From positions 32,001 through 96,000 of the forward strand of contig JBGSMV010000026.1 in NCBI GenBank assembly GCA_041739995.1: a stretch of 64,000 nt of DNA, in the 5' to 3' direction. Shown one piece after another: positions 1 through 9,957 of the stretch (positions are counted from its first letter, which is position 1; each line of letters starts with the position of its first letter). Origin of the DNA: Bdellovibrionota bacterium (GTDB lineage: Bacteria; Bdellovibrionota_C; UBA2361; JBGSMV01). Below the pieces are notes generated by a model that worked only from the letters and a program-made list of their open reading frames with translations, searched no databases and was not told the origin of the DNA. The translations under genes were made by a program, and so were the position numbers.

Positions 1-246
1 TGAGGCTCCTTGGTTAAGGGATGCAAACAGTGCAACTAAATCGCCTGCCATCATAGGCGCAGGAAGTGCTATCTGTGCTGAAGTAGTATTATCTCTATAA
101 AGCCCGTTATAAGTATATCCTGCGACATCAACTGCGCTTTGACCGGAGCGTGCGACTAGTTGCGCCGGTGCAGCAAACGCGGATTGCACGAGAGACATTG
201 AGATTAAGAACGATGAGAAGCTTCGACCAACATTTCGTAACCACAT
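1..246 (-). CDS. Secreted protein, N-terminal part only (runs off window edge); probable NxxGxxAF/choice-of-anchor-repeat type
   Basis: Not in the ORF track. Manual translation from ATG 246 (3 nt after the stop of 250..1965) gives MWLRNVGRSFSSFLISMSLVQSAFA^APAQLVARSGQSAVDVAGYTY..., open to base 1, with a signal peptide ending AFA. Confidence 0.7.
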   Translation of the reverse strand, partial: MWLRNVGRSFSSFLISMSLVQSAFAAPAQLVARSGQSAVDVAGYTYNGLYRDNTTSAQIALPAPMMAGDLVALFASLNQGAS

Positions 247-249
247 AAC

Positions 250-1965
250 CTACACCCCAAACCATGCCGAAAGGTACGCAAAAATATCCGATGAATTGAT
301 AGTTCCATCAGTCAAGAAATCTGCTTGTGGCGATGAGCTGAAGTAAAGCGCCAAGAAAGCAAAGAAATCTTGCAGCGTGATGACGAAATCGTTGTTCGTG
401 TCGAGTCGAAAATTCCGAATGCTTCGAAGTTCAGGAAAGTCGCCGGTAGTAAAGCTCCAGACCTGCGCGAGGTCGAAGTCAGCGTAAAGCGAAAGGTCCT
501 GCATCATTCGCGATTGCGTTGCGGGCGTGCCTTCACCGTTGTTAAAGGACAATAGATCGCTGTTGTAGAAAGCGGATTGAACAACGGAATCCAGGAACGG
601 CACACCTGTAATGCCACCGATATATTCTGCGTCGCCGACTGGACCTGAAAAGACAACGCGATCAATCATCGAACCGTAAGCGAGACCTGCAATTCCACCG
701 AGATTGGTATACTCGTTAGCGCTCATGTAGCTTCGCACAGAAGTCAAAGCGTACGAATCTGTGACAGACCCTTCCGCTGTAGCGAAGCTGGAGAGCTCGC
801 CGACAATGCCCCCAACGGGGCCCCGCCCAGAAATCGCCGACTGGCGAACTGCACATCTTTCAATAGAAGTTGGTGATGAACCCATCGAGTCGACCCCCGG
901 AGACCCACTGCCGATTATTCCCCCCGCGGCCCAGTTGCTCTGAATTTCTCCGATGAAAAGGCTGTCGCGAAATGTCGCACCTTCGGAGCGAGCCACTAGG
1001 CCGCCAGCTTGCCATGCGGCGCTGAGATTCGTCGTTACCTTAGCCTCTTCAATAACCGTGCCGGTAAGAGCTTTTACTACGAGTCCTGCCGCTCTGGAGG
1101 TTGTGTGGGGGAAGAGCGAGTTTGAGACAATAATACTTGTAAGGTGAGATCTGGTGGATTCCAGGGCGAACCCCGCAATCTCTTCAAGGTTAAGAGAATG
1201 CTCGGCGTCGAGGCGAATCCGGACTCTCTGCGCTTGGGATTCAAAAAACGAGTCCGTCACACCTGCGAACTTTAGAAAGTTTGAATTTTCGTCGCGCACT
1301 ATATGGACATGCATGTCTTCGAGCGTGGAATTCGAAATGCTACGGGCGAGACCGCCAAGGGTGCCTGCTCGTGCTTCTATGGTGAAGTCTCGCAAGGTGG
1401 AGTTTGTGATAGTACCCGCGAGGACTCCACCATCGAGGTTTGAGGTCCGAACCGCAGAAGCACGAATTATAATGTTTTCGAGAGCTGATTGGTGTACTTC
1501 TGCGGCAAGTACTCCGGCACGTTGGTCACCAACATACTGTGCGTTTGTTATCTCGAGTTGAGATATGTGTGCACCGTCGAGTCTAAGAAACAATCCAAAG
1601 GCACTCGAATGATTTGCGACGGGTCGCAGGCCCAAAATTCTGTGGCCTTGACCGAGATACACTCCTCGGAATCCGCCTACCGCAACCTGACCGTCTGGAT
1701 GCAGTCCAATCGGGTATGAACCAGAGGAAGGAAGTTCGATGTCGGCACATTGACGATATCGTAAGGTTGACGCGTTGTTCTCGAGCATGTCGTCCGTGAT
1801 GCGGCGCAAATCATCGGCAGTCCAAATTTCGGTGTGGTCGGCAGGGCCGGGGCAGGTGCTTCGTGAGGTTGCTATTGCGACTTCATGCAATGGCTTTGCG
1901 AAGGTTGACTCAGTAGGAACCAAGAGGGCGATTGCTACTGCCGCGATTACTGATGAGTGTTTCAT
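250..1965 (-). CDS. Secreted GLUG-motif/beta-helix protein with C-terminal GC-type dockerin-like domain
   Basis: Start revised to MKHSSVIAAVAIALLV (GGAG upstream, signal peptide). Repeated GGLVA/GGIIG/GGIVG/GGIAG motifs. C-terminus DTNNDFVITLQDFFAFLALYF...ADFLTDGTINSSDIFAYLSAWF. Confidence 0.8.
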   Translation of the reverse strand: MKHSSVIAAVAIALLVPTESTFAKPLHEVAIATSRSTCPGPADHTEIWTADDLRRITDDMLENNASTLRYRQCADIELPSSGSYPIGLHPDGQVAVGGFRGVYLGQGHRILGLRPVANHSSAFGLFLRLDGAHISQLEITNAQYVGDQRAGVLAAEVHQSALENIIIRASAVRTSNLDGGVLAGTITNSTLRDFTIEARAGTLGGLARSISNSTLEDMHVHIVRDENSNFLKFAGVTDSFFESQAQRVRIRLDAEHSLNLEEIAGFALESTRSHLTSIIVSNSLFPHTTSRAAGLVVKALTGTVIEEAKVTTNLSAAWQAGGLVARSEGATFRDSLFIGEIQSNWAAGGIIGSGSPGVDSMGSSPTSIERCAVRQSAISGRGPVGGIVGELSSFATAEGSVTDSYALTSVRSYMSANEYTNLGGIAGLAYGSMIDRVVFSGPVGDAEYIGGITGVPFLDSVVQSAFYNSDLLSFNNGEGTPATQSRMMQDLSLYADFDLAQVWSFTTGDFPELRSIRNFRLDTNNDFVITLQDFFAFLALYFSSSPQADFLTDGTINSSDIFAYLSAWFGV

Positions 1966-1994
1966 AACGAAATGCTCCATTTTACGTTGCAGAG

Positions 1995-3449
1995 TTACCC
2001 AGGGCTCGAATGTGCGAACCATGCAGTCAGGAACGCAAAAATGTCGGCAACGTTGACTGTGCCATCTCGATTAAAGTCCCAAGGGTTAGTGCACATACCA
2101 CCGCCCTCGCTGCACTCTGGGTGAGTCGACTGAACGAAGAGGCTGTAGTCTCCGCCTGAGCTGGCATCGAAGATGGCGCGGGTACCAAAGCGCTCGACTT
2201 GAGTGCAGATAGCTGAATCACACGGCTGGCCATTGCGGTGAATCTGGACGGCATTCCAACACAGTGGAAGATTCTCAAAGGTGAGGCGAGCTGAGCCGGC
2301 CAACGGCCCAGACTGCGGCAGCTTCATCCGATTATTTTCAACGACAAACTCGCTCTCTGGTGAGCTAGAGAAAAGGTTCTCGCCTGTGCCGGGAGAAGTG
2401 AAGACGCGACTGATAGCAATTGAACCGTGTGTGGAGCGCTTGAAGGTAAGTTCGGTGGGGACTGGGCCCAGGGCTGAAATCGCGCTCGCCTGAACGTAGT
2501 ATCGACGAATCTCTGAGTCCTCAAGTGTTAGCGAGGCGTAGCCTGGTGAGTCAAGAAGGTTGCTGCCAGAGAGACGATAATAGTTGCCACCAAGACGAAA
2601 ATCATATCGTGGAGAAGGGCCGATGAACGAAATGTTTCGTAGTCGCATTCCTCCGCAGCGGGAACCAGGCAGAACCGGGTCGAGCTGTGGGCTTGGCGGT
2701 CGAGGATAGCCTAGTGGGTCTATCTCGCACAGCGACGTCATGAGGTACTGATCTACTGGTCCGCTCGGTGGAGCTGACGCGGGTGTATCGCTGGTAAACT
2801 GGACATTCTGAATGGTGCTGTTGAGCCCGCTCCAGATGAAGCGAGGAATGGATTGGCCGAGAGAACTTCCTCCATACACGGTGACACCGTCTACGAGACT
2901 ATTAACTAAATAGCCGGTGTCTAGGTACCCGTAGGGACTTCTGATTGAGATGTTTCTAAAGGTCACGTTGTCAAGGTAGCGGAGCGTGTGACCTCCGTCA
3001 GCGCCGATTCTGGGTGACCATGCACTAAAGCTAATCACGCCTCGGTGGTACAAAGATTGGCCACCGGAGGTCTCGATATTCTCAAGGACGATGTTTCTAA
3101 GTATTGAGGTCGTAGATCCTGGGACCCCACGATGAGCGTAAGGAAAATTTACAAATCGAATATTCTTAATTGAGATGTTTTCAAAATTATAATTGGAAGT
3201 GCCGAATGAGTTGAACCCAAAGCCTGAGGCAAGTTCAGAACTTCCGGTGTACGTTACCGAGTGGCCCTGTCCATCGAGTGTCACGTTACTGCCGATCCCG
3301 AATCCGGTCGTGGGGCACTCTATGTCTTGAGTAAGTTCGTAGGTTCCTGCGGTAAGCGCTTGGCAGCTTGATATCGGCGTTGCGTGCGCGAGGCTCGCGC
3401 CGAAACCAAACATAAGTGCAATCAGGCCTATTTCATATATTCGTTTCAT
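1995..3449 (-). CDS. Secreted right-handed beta-helix-like protein with C-terminal dockerin-like repeat
   Basis: Signal peptide MKRIYEIGLIALMFGFGASLAHA; ISSCQ..GTYELTQDI...VTLDGQGH N-cap; C-terminus DFNRDGTVNVADIFAFLTAWFA. Confidence 0.8.
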   Translation of the reverse strand: MKRIYEIGLIALMFGFGASLAHATPISSCQALTAGTYELTQDIECPTTGFGIGSNVTLDGQGHSVTYTGSSELASGFGFNSFGTSNYNFENISIKNIRFVNFPYAHRGVPGSTTSILRNIVLENIETSGGQSLYHRGVISFSAWSPRIGADGGHTLRYLDNVTFRNISIRSPYGYLDTGYLVNSLVDGVTVYGGSSLGQSIPRFIWSGLNSTIQNVQFTSDTPASAPPSGPVDQYLMTSLCEIDPLGYPRPPSPQLDPVLPGSRCGGMRLRNISFIGPSPRYDFRLGGNYYRLSGSNLLDSPGYASLTLEDSEIRRYYVQASAISALGPVPTELTFKRSTHGSIAISRVFTSPGTGENLFSSSPESEFVVENNRMKLPQSGPLAGSARLTFENLPLCWNAVQIHRNGQPCDSAICTQVERFGTRAIFDASSGGDYSLFVQSTHPECSEGGGMCTNPWDFNRDGTVNVADIFAFLTAWFAHSSPG

Positions 3450-3481
3450 GTCCCGTGTTCTCCCCCATGTATCCTTTCACC

Positions 3482-3520
3482 AAAAAAGCGGTGCTCACCT
3501 ATGGTCGGTGAGCACCGCTT
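3482..3520 (-). terminator. Intrinsic terminator downstream of 3531..5543
   Basis: Inverted repeat aagcggtgctcacc/ggtgagcaccgctt followed by T6 on the minus strand. Confidence 0.75.
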
Positions 3521-3530
3521 CTGAATCTCA

Positions 3531-5543
3531 TTATAACCGACCGAAGTAGAGCGCTAGGAAGGCGAAGATATCCGGCACTTCTACCGTCCCGTTCAGGTCT
3601 ATGTCCGCTCGTCTATCTCCAGCAAAGAAGGCCGAGAGAAAGGCAAATATATCCGGCACAGACACTACGCCATCTTGGTTAAAGTCCGCCGGGTCAAACC
3701 CGAAGGCGGAAGGACTCAGAAGGAGAATCACTTCTGAGTGTTCTTCCTCCTGTGCTTCTAGGACCCCGACCATCACCAGCGAGCCTGAGTCGGAGGCAAC
3801 GTTCCTCTTGGACGTGTACTGGAAGGGGCTCCCAAAGCCTTGGACTACTCTTTCCTGGTTTGCACTATCGAGGACGGTGCTGATGCCAGGTACCAAGGGA
3901 AGCGACAGTGTTCCCGCTGAGTTAATCGCGAGGAGTGCGTGCCGAGGAGATGTGTTCGGGCTATCTCCTAGAGCACGAACCCTTACATGAGCGAACGCCC
4001 GTCCAGCAGAGAGCGCAGTGCCATTTATATTCATTGAGTAATCTACGGTGAGGGAATAGTCCCCAACAAGTTGACCGCTACGCACCGCGGTGCGTCCTCG
4101 CTGCGGCGACCAAAGGACCAACATTGTGGGGCCATTGGATGATTCTTGCACCTTCGCAAGCATGGTCCCATCATGAGCAAAGCTCACATGTTCCGGGTAT
4201 GGAGCGGATCCAAGTCCGAAGCCAAGTCCCGAGTGCGCGGCAGAACTTTCAAGAATAATCTCAGCCGAGCCATCGAGACGAATTCTCACGATACCCCAGC
4301 CGCTTCGCAAGGTTCCATCCGTATTCAGTATCGAAGTATGAATAAACAGGTCACCAGAATCCGACAGGAATCCTTTGAGATAATTGTGATCATCATTCAA
4401 GGACCCGAGGGCGATGGTTACCTCGTTCAAGAATCCGATGCGAAAGAGTCCCGAGGGACCATTGAAGAGCTTGCCATTAAAGGCTTCACGTCTCAGGGTT
4501 CCCGTACGGTCAGAGTACACCTCGATGCCTCTGCAGGTCGTGCCTGTATGAAACGCCACGTGGCCGGAGCTGTTTAGCTGTGCGCGTGCGTATTCAGTGC
4601 CATAGACGAGACAGTCCGAAGGCTCCTCAGACACATGCAGTCCGTCCCGGATAATAAGTTCAAGACTACCTTCGTGTGCGCGCCACAGACCGCCGTTGTT
4701 GTGTGCATTCACTTTGGCTCCAGAGAGCGTCGCGCTGAAGACAACGTCGCCCTGCGAATTGGCGTTGCTCAATGTGCCAAGCGGAGAGGGGATGTGGTCG
4801 AAGCTCGCATCACCTGTTCCAGGAGCAAGCATGCCGGTACGTACAACTTCCGTGAGGCCTTCGGCGGTGCGTCGAAGAATTGCGCTGTCGGTCCCTGCGG
4901 CGTTCAGGCGTACCGCAAGAAGTTGCTCGCCTGGTCTGTCTTTTGGTTCAATTGCTCCTTGGATGGAGGATACTGAGAGCGAGCCAAGGGCGGATTGGTT
5001 TTGCGCAAGAAGATCTGAGGGGCCTTCAAGCTCCGCCCGAACGATGCCCAGGTTGTTGCCTTGATCAATGCTGTCACCCGCAAGGCGACACATAAGAAGC
5101 GCTTCGCCTTCACTCGTGATGGTGGGCTTGAAACGTGCATTGATGGCAGAACTCAGCAGTGCCGAGATATCCTCTCCGCCAGAACTCTGTAGAAGATCGA
5201 GATCGCCGAGCAGATGCTGTACTCCTGCCTTTGCGTGGTAGCGATACATTTGAACTCGGCCGTAATCAGCGGGGTCCCCGTTATCAGTGCGTGCCCCGAA
5301 AAGTACGTCTCCGCGTTCGTTGATCTGCGGGTATAGGCCTGTGCCCCCTGTGCCGTGGCCGACAAACAAGGAGTTCAGCTGCTCATGTTGCGGATGTGCC
5401 GCTGAAATTGCTTGGGCGTCAGCGATAACCCGTAAGTCTTGAGCCTTGATAGTTTCTGGCAGACCCAGCATGGACCCGGCGGTCAAAGTACTGATAAAGA
5501 CGCCAGTCGAAAAGGCACGTAAAAACCTCATAACACCTCTCAT
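3531..5543 (-). CDS. Secreted NxxGxxAF-repeat (beta-propeller-like) protein with C-terminal GC-type dockerin-like domain
   Basis: Repeats INERGDVLF, NSQGDVVF, LNSSGHVAF, SDSGDLFI; signal peptide; C-terminus ADFNQDGVVSVPDIFAFLSAFFAGDRRADIDLNGTVEVPDIFAFLALYFG. Confidence 0.85.
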   Translation of the reverse strand: MRGVMRFLRAFSTGVFISTLTAGSMLGLPETIKAQDLRVIADAQAISAAHPQHEQLNSLFVGHGTGGTGLYPQINERGDVLFGARTDNGDPADYGRVQMYRYHAKAGVQHLLGDLDLLQSSGGEDISALLSSAINARFKPTITSEGEALLMCRLAGDSIDQGNNLGIVRAELEGPSDLLAQNQSALGSLSVSSIQGAIEPKDRPGEQLLAVRLNAAGTDSAILRRTAEGLTEVVRTGMLAPGTGDASFDHIPSPLGTLSNANSQGDVVFSATLSGAKVNAHNNGGLWRAHEGSLELIIRDGLHVSEEPSDCLVYGTEYARAQLNSSGHVAFHTGTTCRGIEVYSDRTGTLRREAFNGKLFNGPSGLFRIGFLNEVTIALGSLNDDHNYLKGFLSDSGDLFIHTSILNTDGTLRSGWGIVRIRLDGSAEIILESSAAHSGLGFGLGSAPYPEHVSFAHDGTMLAKVQESSNGPTMLVLWSPQRGRTAVRSGQLVGDYSLTVDYSMNINGTALSAGRAFAHVRVRALGDSPNTSPRHALLAINSAGTLSLPLVPGISTVLDSANQERVVQGFGSPFQYTSKRNVASDSGSLVMVGVLEAQEEEHSEVILLLSPSAFGFDPADFNQDGVVSVPDIFAFLSAFFAGDRRADIDLNGTVEVPDIFAFLALYFGRL

Positions 5544-5987
5544 CGAGAAATAGTTTCACGCTGGGTAGAGCAACTTGCGTACCAGTGCGACCAGCGGGGA
5601 AGGTTGATAGGAGTCACCAAAGTTTGCGGTAACACCGCAAGTAGCTGGCTTGACGGGGCAATCCCTAGTTCTGGGCTGAAATTAATGCAGTAAGAGCTGA
5701 CATGTGTAATTTTAACTGGCTGTTCGAAATGGGTTTTTCCTAGTGAAAACTCTTAGATTCTGGGGGTTTTTGGCGTTGTAAGAGAATGGAAGTTTGTATC
5801 GCTACTATGTCGGTCTGGAGGAACTAGGCGACGGTCAATGAAGAGCGCGCCCGCCTATTTCTCAAGCTCTGGCTCGCCCGGAGTTGGTCGTGACAGACTA
5901 AAGGCATACAGAATAACTTTCTCGCCCCCGGGATCGTCTTTGCTGAGTTTTGGATTGAGATCCTTATCGAATCAGGCCCCGCCTAAA

Positions 5988-6551
5988 ATGCCGCTGCTTT
6001 CAACGAATGAGTTCCTCGACGAAACGCCCCCCGAGGACTTCAGCGCCTCGCCGCCCACCCAATTACCTGTTCCACACCTCGAGCACCGTTCGGCTGAGCT
6101 CACGGCCGTGAGCTCAGCCGCTACCAGCTCTGAGTACCGTCTCACTCTAGAAATCCCGTCTCTTCGCACCAAGGGGGGCATTCCAACGCTTCTCTGCGCG
6201 TCGGTTCATCAGCTCTTTAACCACATGAAACAATCCGGCAGAGTTAGAACTATCTTGGGTAGGTAACTCGATGGGTTAGATCGATTTTTCTATGCCCCGG
6301 GGCCAAGTTTTTTTGTACATTTTGGTCTTGATGACATGATCACATTTGATGTTAGGGAGGGGGCAAAGGGCGGTCCATGTTACCTTGCGAAACTTGGCGC
6401 TATACCTGGCTACCCAGGCATAGCTCCTATCCGAGCCTACCCACCACCTGATGCCGTCCAGCCGGTCCAAGCGGCATCAATTAGGCTGATCGGAATGGCG
6501 GAAGACTTCATCGAAAATCTGCGTGGCACGCTCCTAGGGAACAGTGAATAG
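5988..6551 (+). pseudogene. Possible degraded hypothetical gene
   Basis: ORFs 5838..6266 and 6336..6551 can be joined through an in-frame TAA (6264-6266) and a frameshift in the T-run near 6308-6314; no recognisable family. Confidence 0.25.
6091..6120. repeat. Perfect 30-bp palindrome (REP-like)
   Basis: cggctgagctcacgg|ccgtgagctcagccg is its own reverse complement. Confidence 0.85.
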
Positions 6552-6982
6552 AGCCTCCTACGATTGCCTTACCCCTATTGGCACACGCCAACTATTTTGA
6601 AGAGACTCAGCGGTCGCTGAGGAGAAAGGACAAGAGACTATTCGCGGAATCGCACTGAGAGTTTCTTCGAAGTGCCGCCATGGCCCAGGCGTCGAGGGAT
6701 TGGGTCTCAGTAAACACGCGGGACAAGCCGTCGCGAGATCGCTTCGAAAAATTGAGGTGTCCCCCGCAGAGCTCCCCTCAAACTCAAAGGGTTTGACACA
6801 GTGAGGATTCTCTCCAGTACATGTGAGCGGCCATCATTCCGACCTTGCTAAGTGATCAAAAAATATGCCCCAATTTCGATCAAACGCCAGTGCCTTTGTT
6901 GTGTGATCCCTGACTGCGCTAGCGTCTCCTCAAACAGGCTTAACCCTTTAGGTTGGGCATTCGCAACGGCAGAGGAGAAATT

Positions 6983-9250
6983 ATGGACGCAAATCGGGAA
7001 CCCTCGAACTCCGATCAAGGTACGAGAGCACATCGGATAGGTAGCGTAATGAAGTCTCCACTGGCACGGTGGAGTGGTGTAGCCGTTCTCTCCGCGGGAG
7101 CCACTGTTGCAGGCTTCCGCGCTTTCGGAATAAATCAGGGCGGTACCGCGAAGCAGCCGGACCCGATCGCAGCGCAGCATGAGTTGGAAGCGCTTCGGGT
7201 GCCCGAGCAGAGCGTGGCGCCGAGCGTCTCAGTTCGTCCCTCGCGTCGTTGGGATAAGGAAGTCTCGCTACCTTGGGTCCCTCCAGGGTTCCCCCCGATT
7301 AAGCTGGCGTATGCTGAGGACACCGTTCCAAATGCAGGCGGGGGCATTGCTAGAGACCCCATGGAGCGGGGGATATTCATGGCACCGCTCTTCCTTGTAG
7401 AACGGACAAAGGATGGCGAACTGAACGCGAAAGTAACAGAGGATGGAACTCTGATTCTTCCAGTCGTCGTATATGACTCTACAGGTGCACTTGGCCAAGC
7501 AGCCTTTTCGATGTTGCATGAGTCCCTGCCGAGTGGTCAGCAGAGACTCGCAGGCAGGATGCTCACATACACCCCAGAAGCCATTACTTTCGACGACACA
7601 TTTGGAGATACTTCTTCACCAGTGAGCTTTCGACCATGGCGAACGCATGTACTTAGTTCCGGGACAGGGCGGATAGATTTGGTCGGGAAGTTCACGACGA
7701 AGGCGGCTGCTGAGGCATTCCTCACCGACTTTGAGCAGGGGGCGCGAGCGATTGATGCCTCGATGGTGTACCCCGGAGTACGTCACCGTGAAGCATCAGT
7801 CGCCTTGTCTTTCGAGGATGTTGCCGGAACTGAACTCTTCCGTGATCTCTCGGGAAAAGGCGATGGCACCGTAACCCGCAGGGATGTAGCGCGGCTTGTC
7901 GCAGAAGGCCTCAAACGCGCGCACATAACCATCGTTCGCGATGAGGATTACCAGAACAACAAGGATCTCGATCGTCTGATCGATGCGTTACTTGCTCAAC
8001 TTCCCAAAGAAGAGGCTCGGATCGCCAGCGCTAGGGCAAGCTTAGATGAAGCCTTTCATAGAATCGGAGTGGACCCTCAAGATCTTCGAGCCGATATCAT
8101 GACCCGCTACAAAGTTCATAAGGGCGACCAGGGGGAAGACTATAGAAAATTTCAATCCGAACTTGAGCGCCAGATGAAGGCGAAGCGGAGCAGTTCAGGA
8201 TTTGATCTTGGGGCATTCAAATCGAATGGGGGCAGTTCGGAAGAAGAGTCTAAAGAAATTAAAAAGATTCTTATCGAGACACTACGAAAGTGGAATATCT
8301 CATTCGACGAGGAGAAGGATGGCACCTTCATAGCCGTAAAGTCTATTGACGTATACCAGAATGAGTTTTCACGTTGGTCTGATATGGGATCACTCGCGTT
8401 TGGTGACCGAACCCGGCTGGTGGGAGAAGGGGTGCTCTGTGTTCAGATCAATCGGCACAATATCGTGCACGGTTTTGATGCCGTGCCACTCGTCGTGAGG
8501 GAGGGAGTAGAGAAGTACCTGAGAGCGCTGCAATCATATGATGCGGTTCCTAACCAGTTCGAGGCGGATATGGGGCACTACGAGGCGACGATCAAGGAGC
8601 GTCAAAGCATAGTTGATACCTTAAGTCGTACGCATGTGCTTCGCGGAGTGGGCAGGAATCGCAGCTCGGAGCAGTCTGGGTCCTGGGCAGGGCTGCACCT
8701 CGATCCGGAGCGATGTCGCGCTCGCGAGGATACAATTGTCGGTTTTGTGACCTATTATGGGAAGCGCGCACATAATATTGCTCTTCTCGTTCGTCGTGCC
8801 GATGGGAGTGAGTATCAAACAGAACAACTTCTCCCTGGTGCTTCCCCAAAAGATGGGCGATGTGAGAGCTCAATGAGGATATCTCAAGCGGAGGAAGACC
8901 GTGGGGCAGTAATCACTGGAGTCGAGTGTTTCTATGAGGGGGACGACTTCGACGGTTGGACTTTCAATACGACTTTCGGCCAAATCCACGCACGCCTTGG
9001 CGGAGGGAGAAACACAACGAAATTTCCGATGCCGAGCCTTCCTGAAGGTTTCCAGTGGGAACTCATAGGAGTACAGGTCGAAGGTAAGGTGTTCAATCTG
9101 AAGGTCTTTAGTCGCCCAAAATTTGAGAACATTCCCGTTCTCGATCACGCTAATCTTACCTTTCAAGCTGCATTTATAGACCCAAATCGAGAGATTCCTG
9201 CGATGCCGCAAAAGCCAGCGAAGCGCGACCGACCCGTACTCGGACAATAG
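6983..9250 (+). CDS. Large exported hypothetical protein (orphan family member 1) with possible C-terminal jacalin/beta-prism-like domain
   Basis: SD AGAGGAG before ATG 6983; N-terminal hydrophobic segment; Gly/Ser-rich SSSGFDLGAFKSNGGSS segment; C-terminal IVGFVTYYG/ITGVECFYEG/LIGVQVEG strand repeats. Confidence 0.75.
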   Translation: MDANREPSNSDQGTRAHRIGSVMKSPLARWSGVAVLSAGATVAGFRAFGINQGGTAKQPDPIAAQHELEALRVPEQSVAPSVSVRPSRRWDKEVSLPWVPPGFPPIKLAYAEDTVPNAGGGIARDPMERGIFMAPLFLVERTKDGELNAKVTEDGTLILPVVVYDSTGALGQAAFSMLHESLPSGQQRLAGRMLTYTPEAITFDDTFGDTSSPVSFRPWRTHVLSSGTGRIDLVGKFTTKAAAEAFLTDFEQGARAIDASMVYPGVRHREASVALSFEDVAGTELFRDLSGKGDGTVTRRDVARLVAEGLKRAHITIVRDEDYQNNKDLDRLIDALLAQLPKEEARIASARASLDEAFHRIGVDPQDLRADIMTRYKVHKGDQGEDYRKFQSELERQMKAKRSSSGFDLGAFKSNGGSSEEESKEIKKILIETLRKWNISFDEEKDGTFIAVKSIDVYQNEFSRWSDMGSLAFGDRTRLVGEGVLCVQINRHNIVHGFDAVPLVVREGVEKYLRALQSYDAVPNQFEADMGHYEATIKERQSIVDTLSRTHVLRGVGRNRSSEQSGSWAGLHLDPERCRAREDTIVGFVTYYGKRAHNIALLVRRADGSEYQTEQLLPGASPKDGRCESSMRISQAEEDRGAVITGVECFYEGDDFDGWTFNTTFGQIHARLGGGRNTTKFPMPSLPEGFQWELIGVQVEGKVFNLKVFSRPKFENIPVLDHANLTFQAAFIDPNREIPAMPQKPAKRDRPVLGQ

Positions 9251-9957
9251 GGATTGCGATGCACTTGTTCATAGAACCCGGCAAATGCGTGGGCCTGAAT
9301 GTAAGCTCAGATACAAAATGAAGTAGCCGAACTTTGATCGCAGAATTTGGATTCAGATCGTGCCTCCGCATCAAAGCGTCTGCGTGTAATTGCGTTACCC
9401 GTTCGTTCATACATTGATCTGCACTCGAAAGACGCCATCAATCTGCCTTTCGGAGAACGAGCTTTCTCGGCAACAAGTCTGCTCGAGAGAAAAACGCTGC
9501 GGAGTAGTTTCTTCGCTCGCAGACGGTTCCGCTCGCAACCGCCTCCACTATCACTGAACTGTCCCTGAGAACGAATTCTCCCGAGTGAGAGGCAGTCGAA
9601 CGCGGGATCGCAGTGTGCGTGCAATTGTTGCACCTCCGGTCGAAAGTTGCGGGCTGATCGGGAAAGTCCTTCTTGATTCGATCAATCAGTAGTCGCTTTG
9701 TTTTCTGATCGCAGCTTCGTTTAGTTTCACACTCGGCAGCTTCGAAGCGGCTGGGTTGGGGCGGAGTTGTTTCACCGAGCCAACCTTCTTTCAAAATCGA
9801 ATCTGGGAAGTAGCTTGATAACTCTGACCGAGAGATGCGCTGCGTATAGCGAATCTCTCGGTCAGGGTGTCGTGAATAGTAAGAAGGTTTTGCGAAGGTG
9901 GGGATATCGTGTCCCCACACTCGTCCATAGGTCACGCAGTCTCGAAAGGAGACCAGA

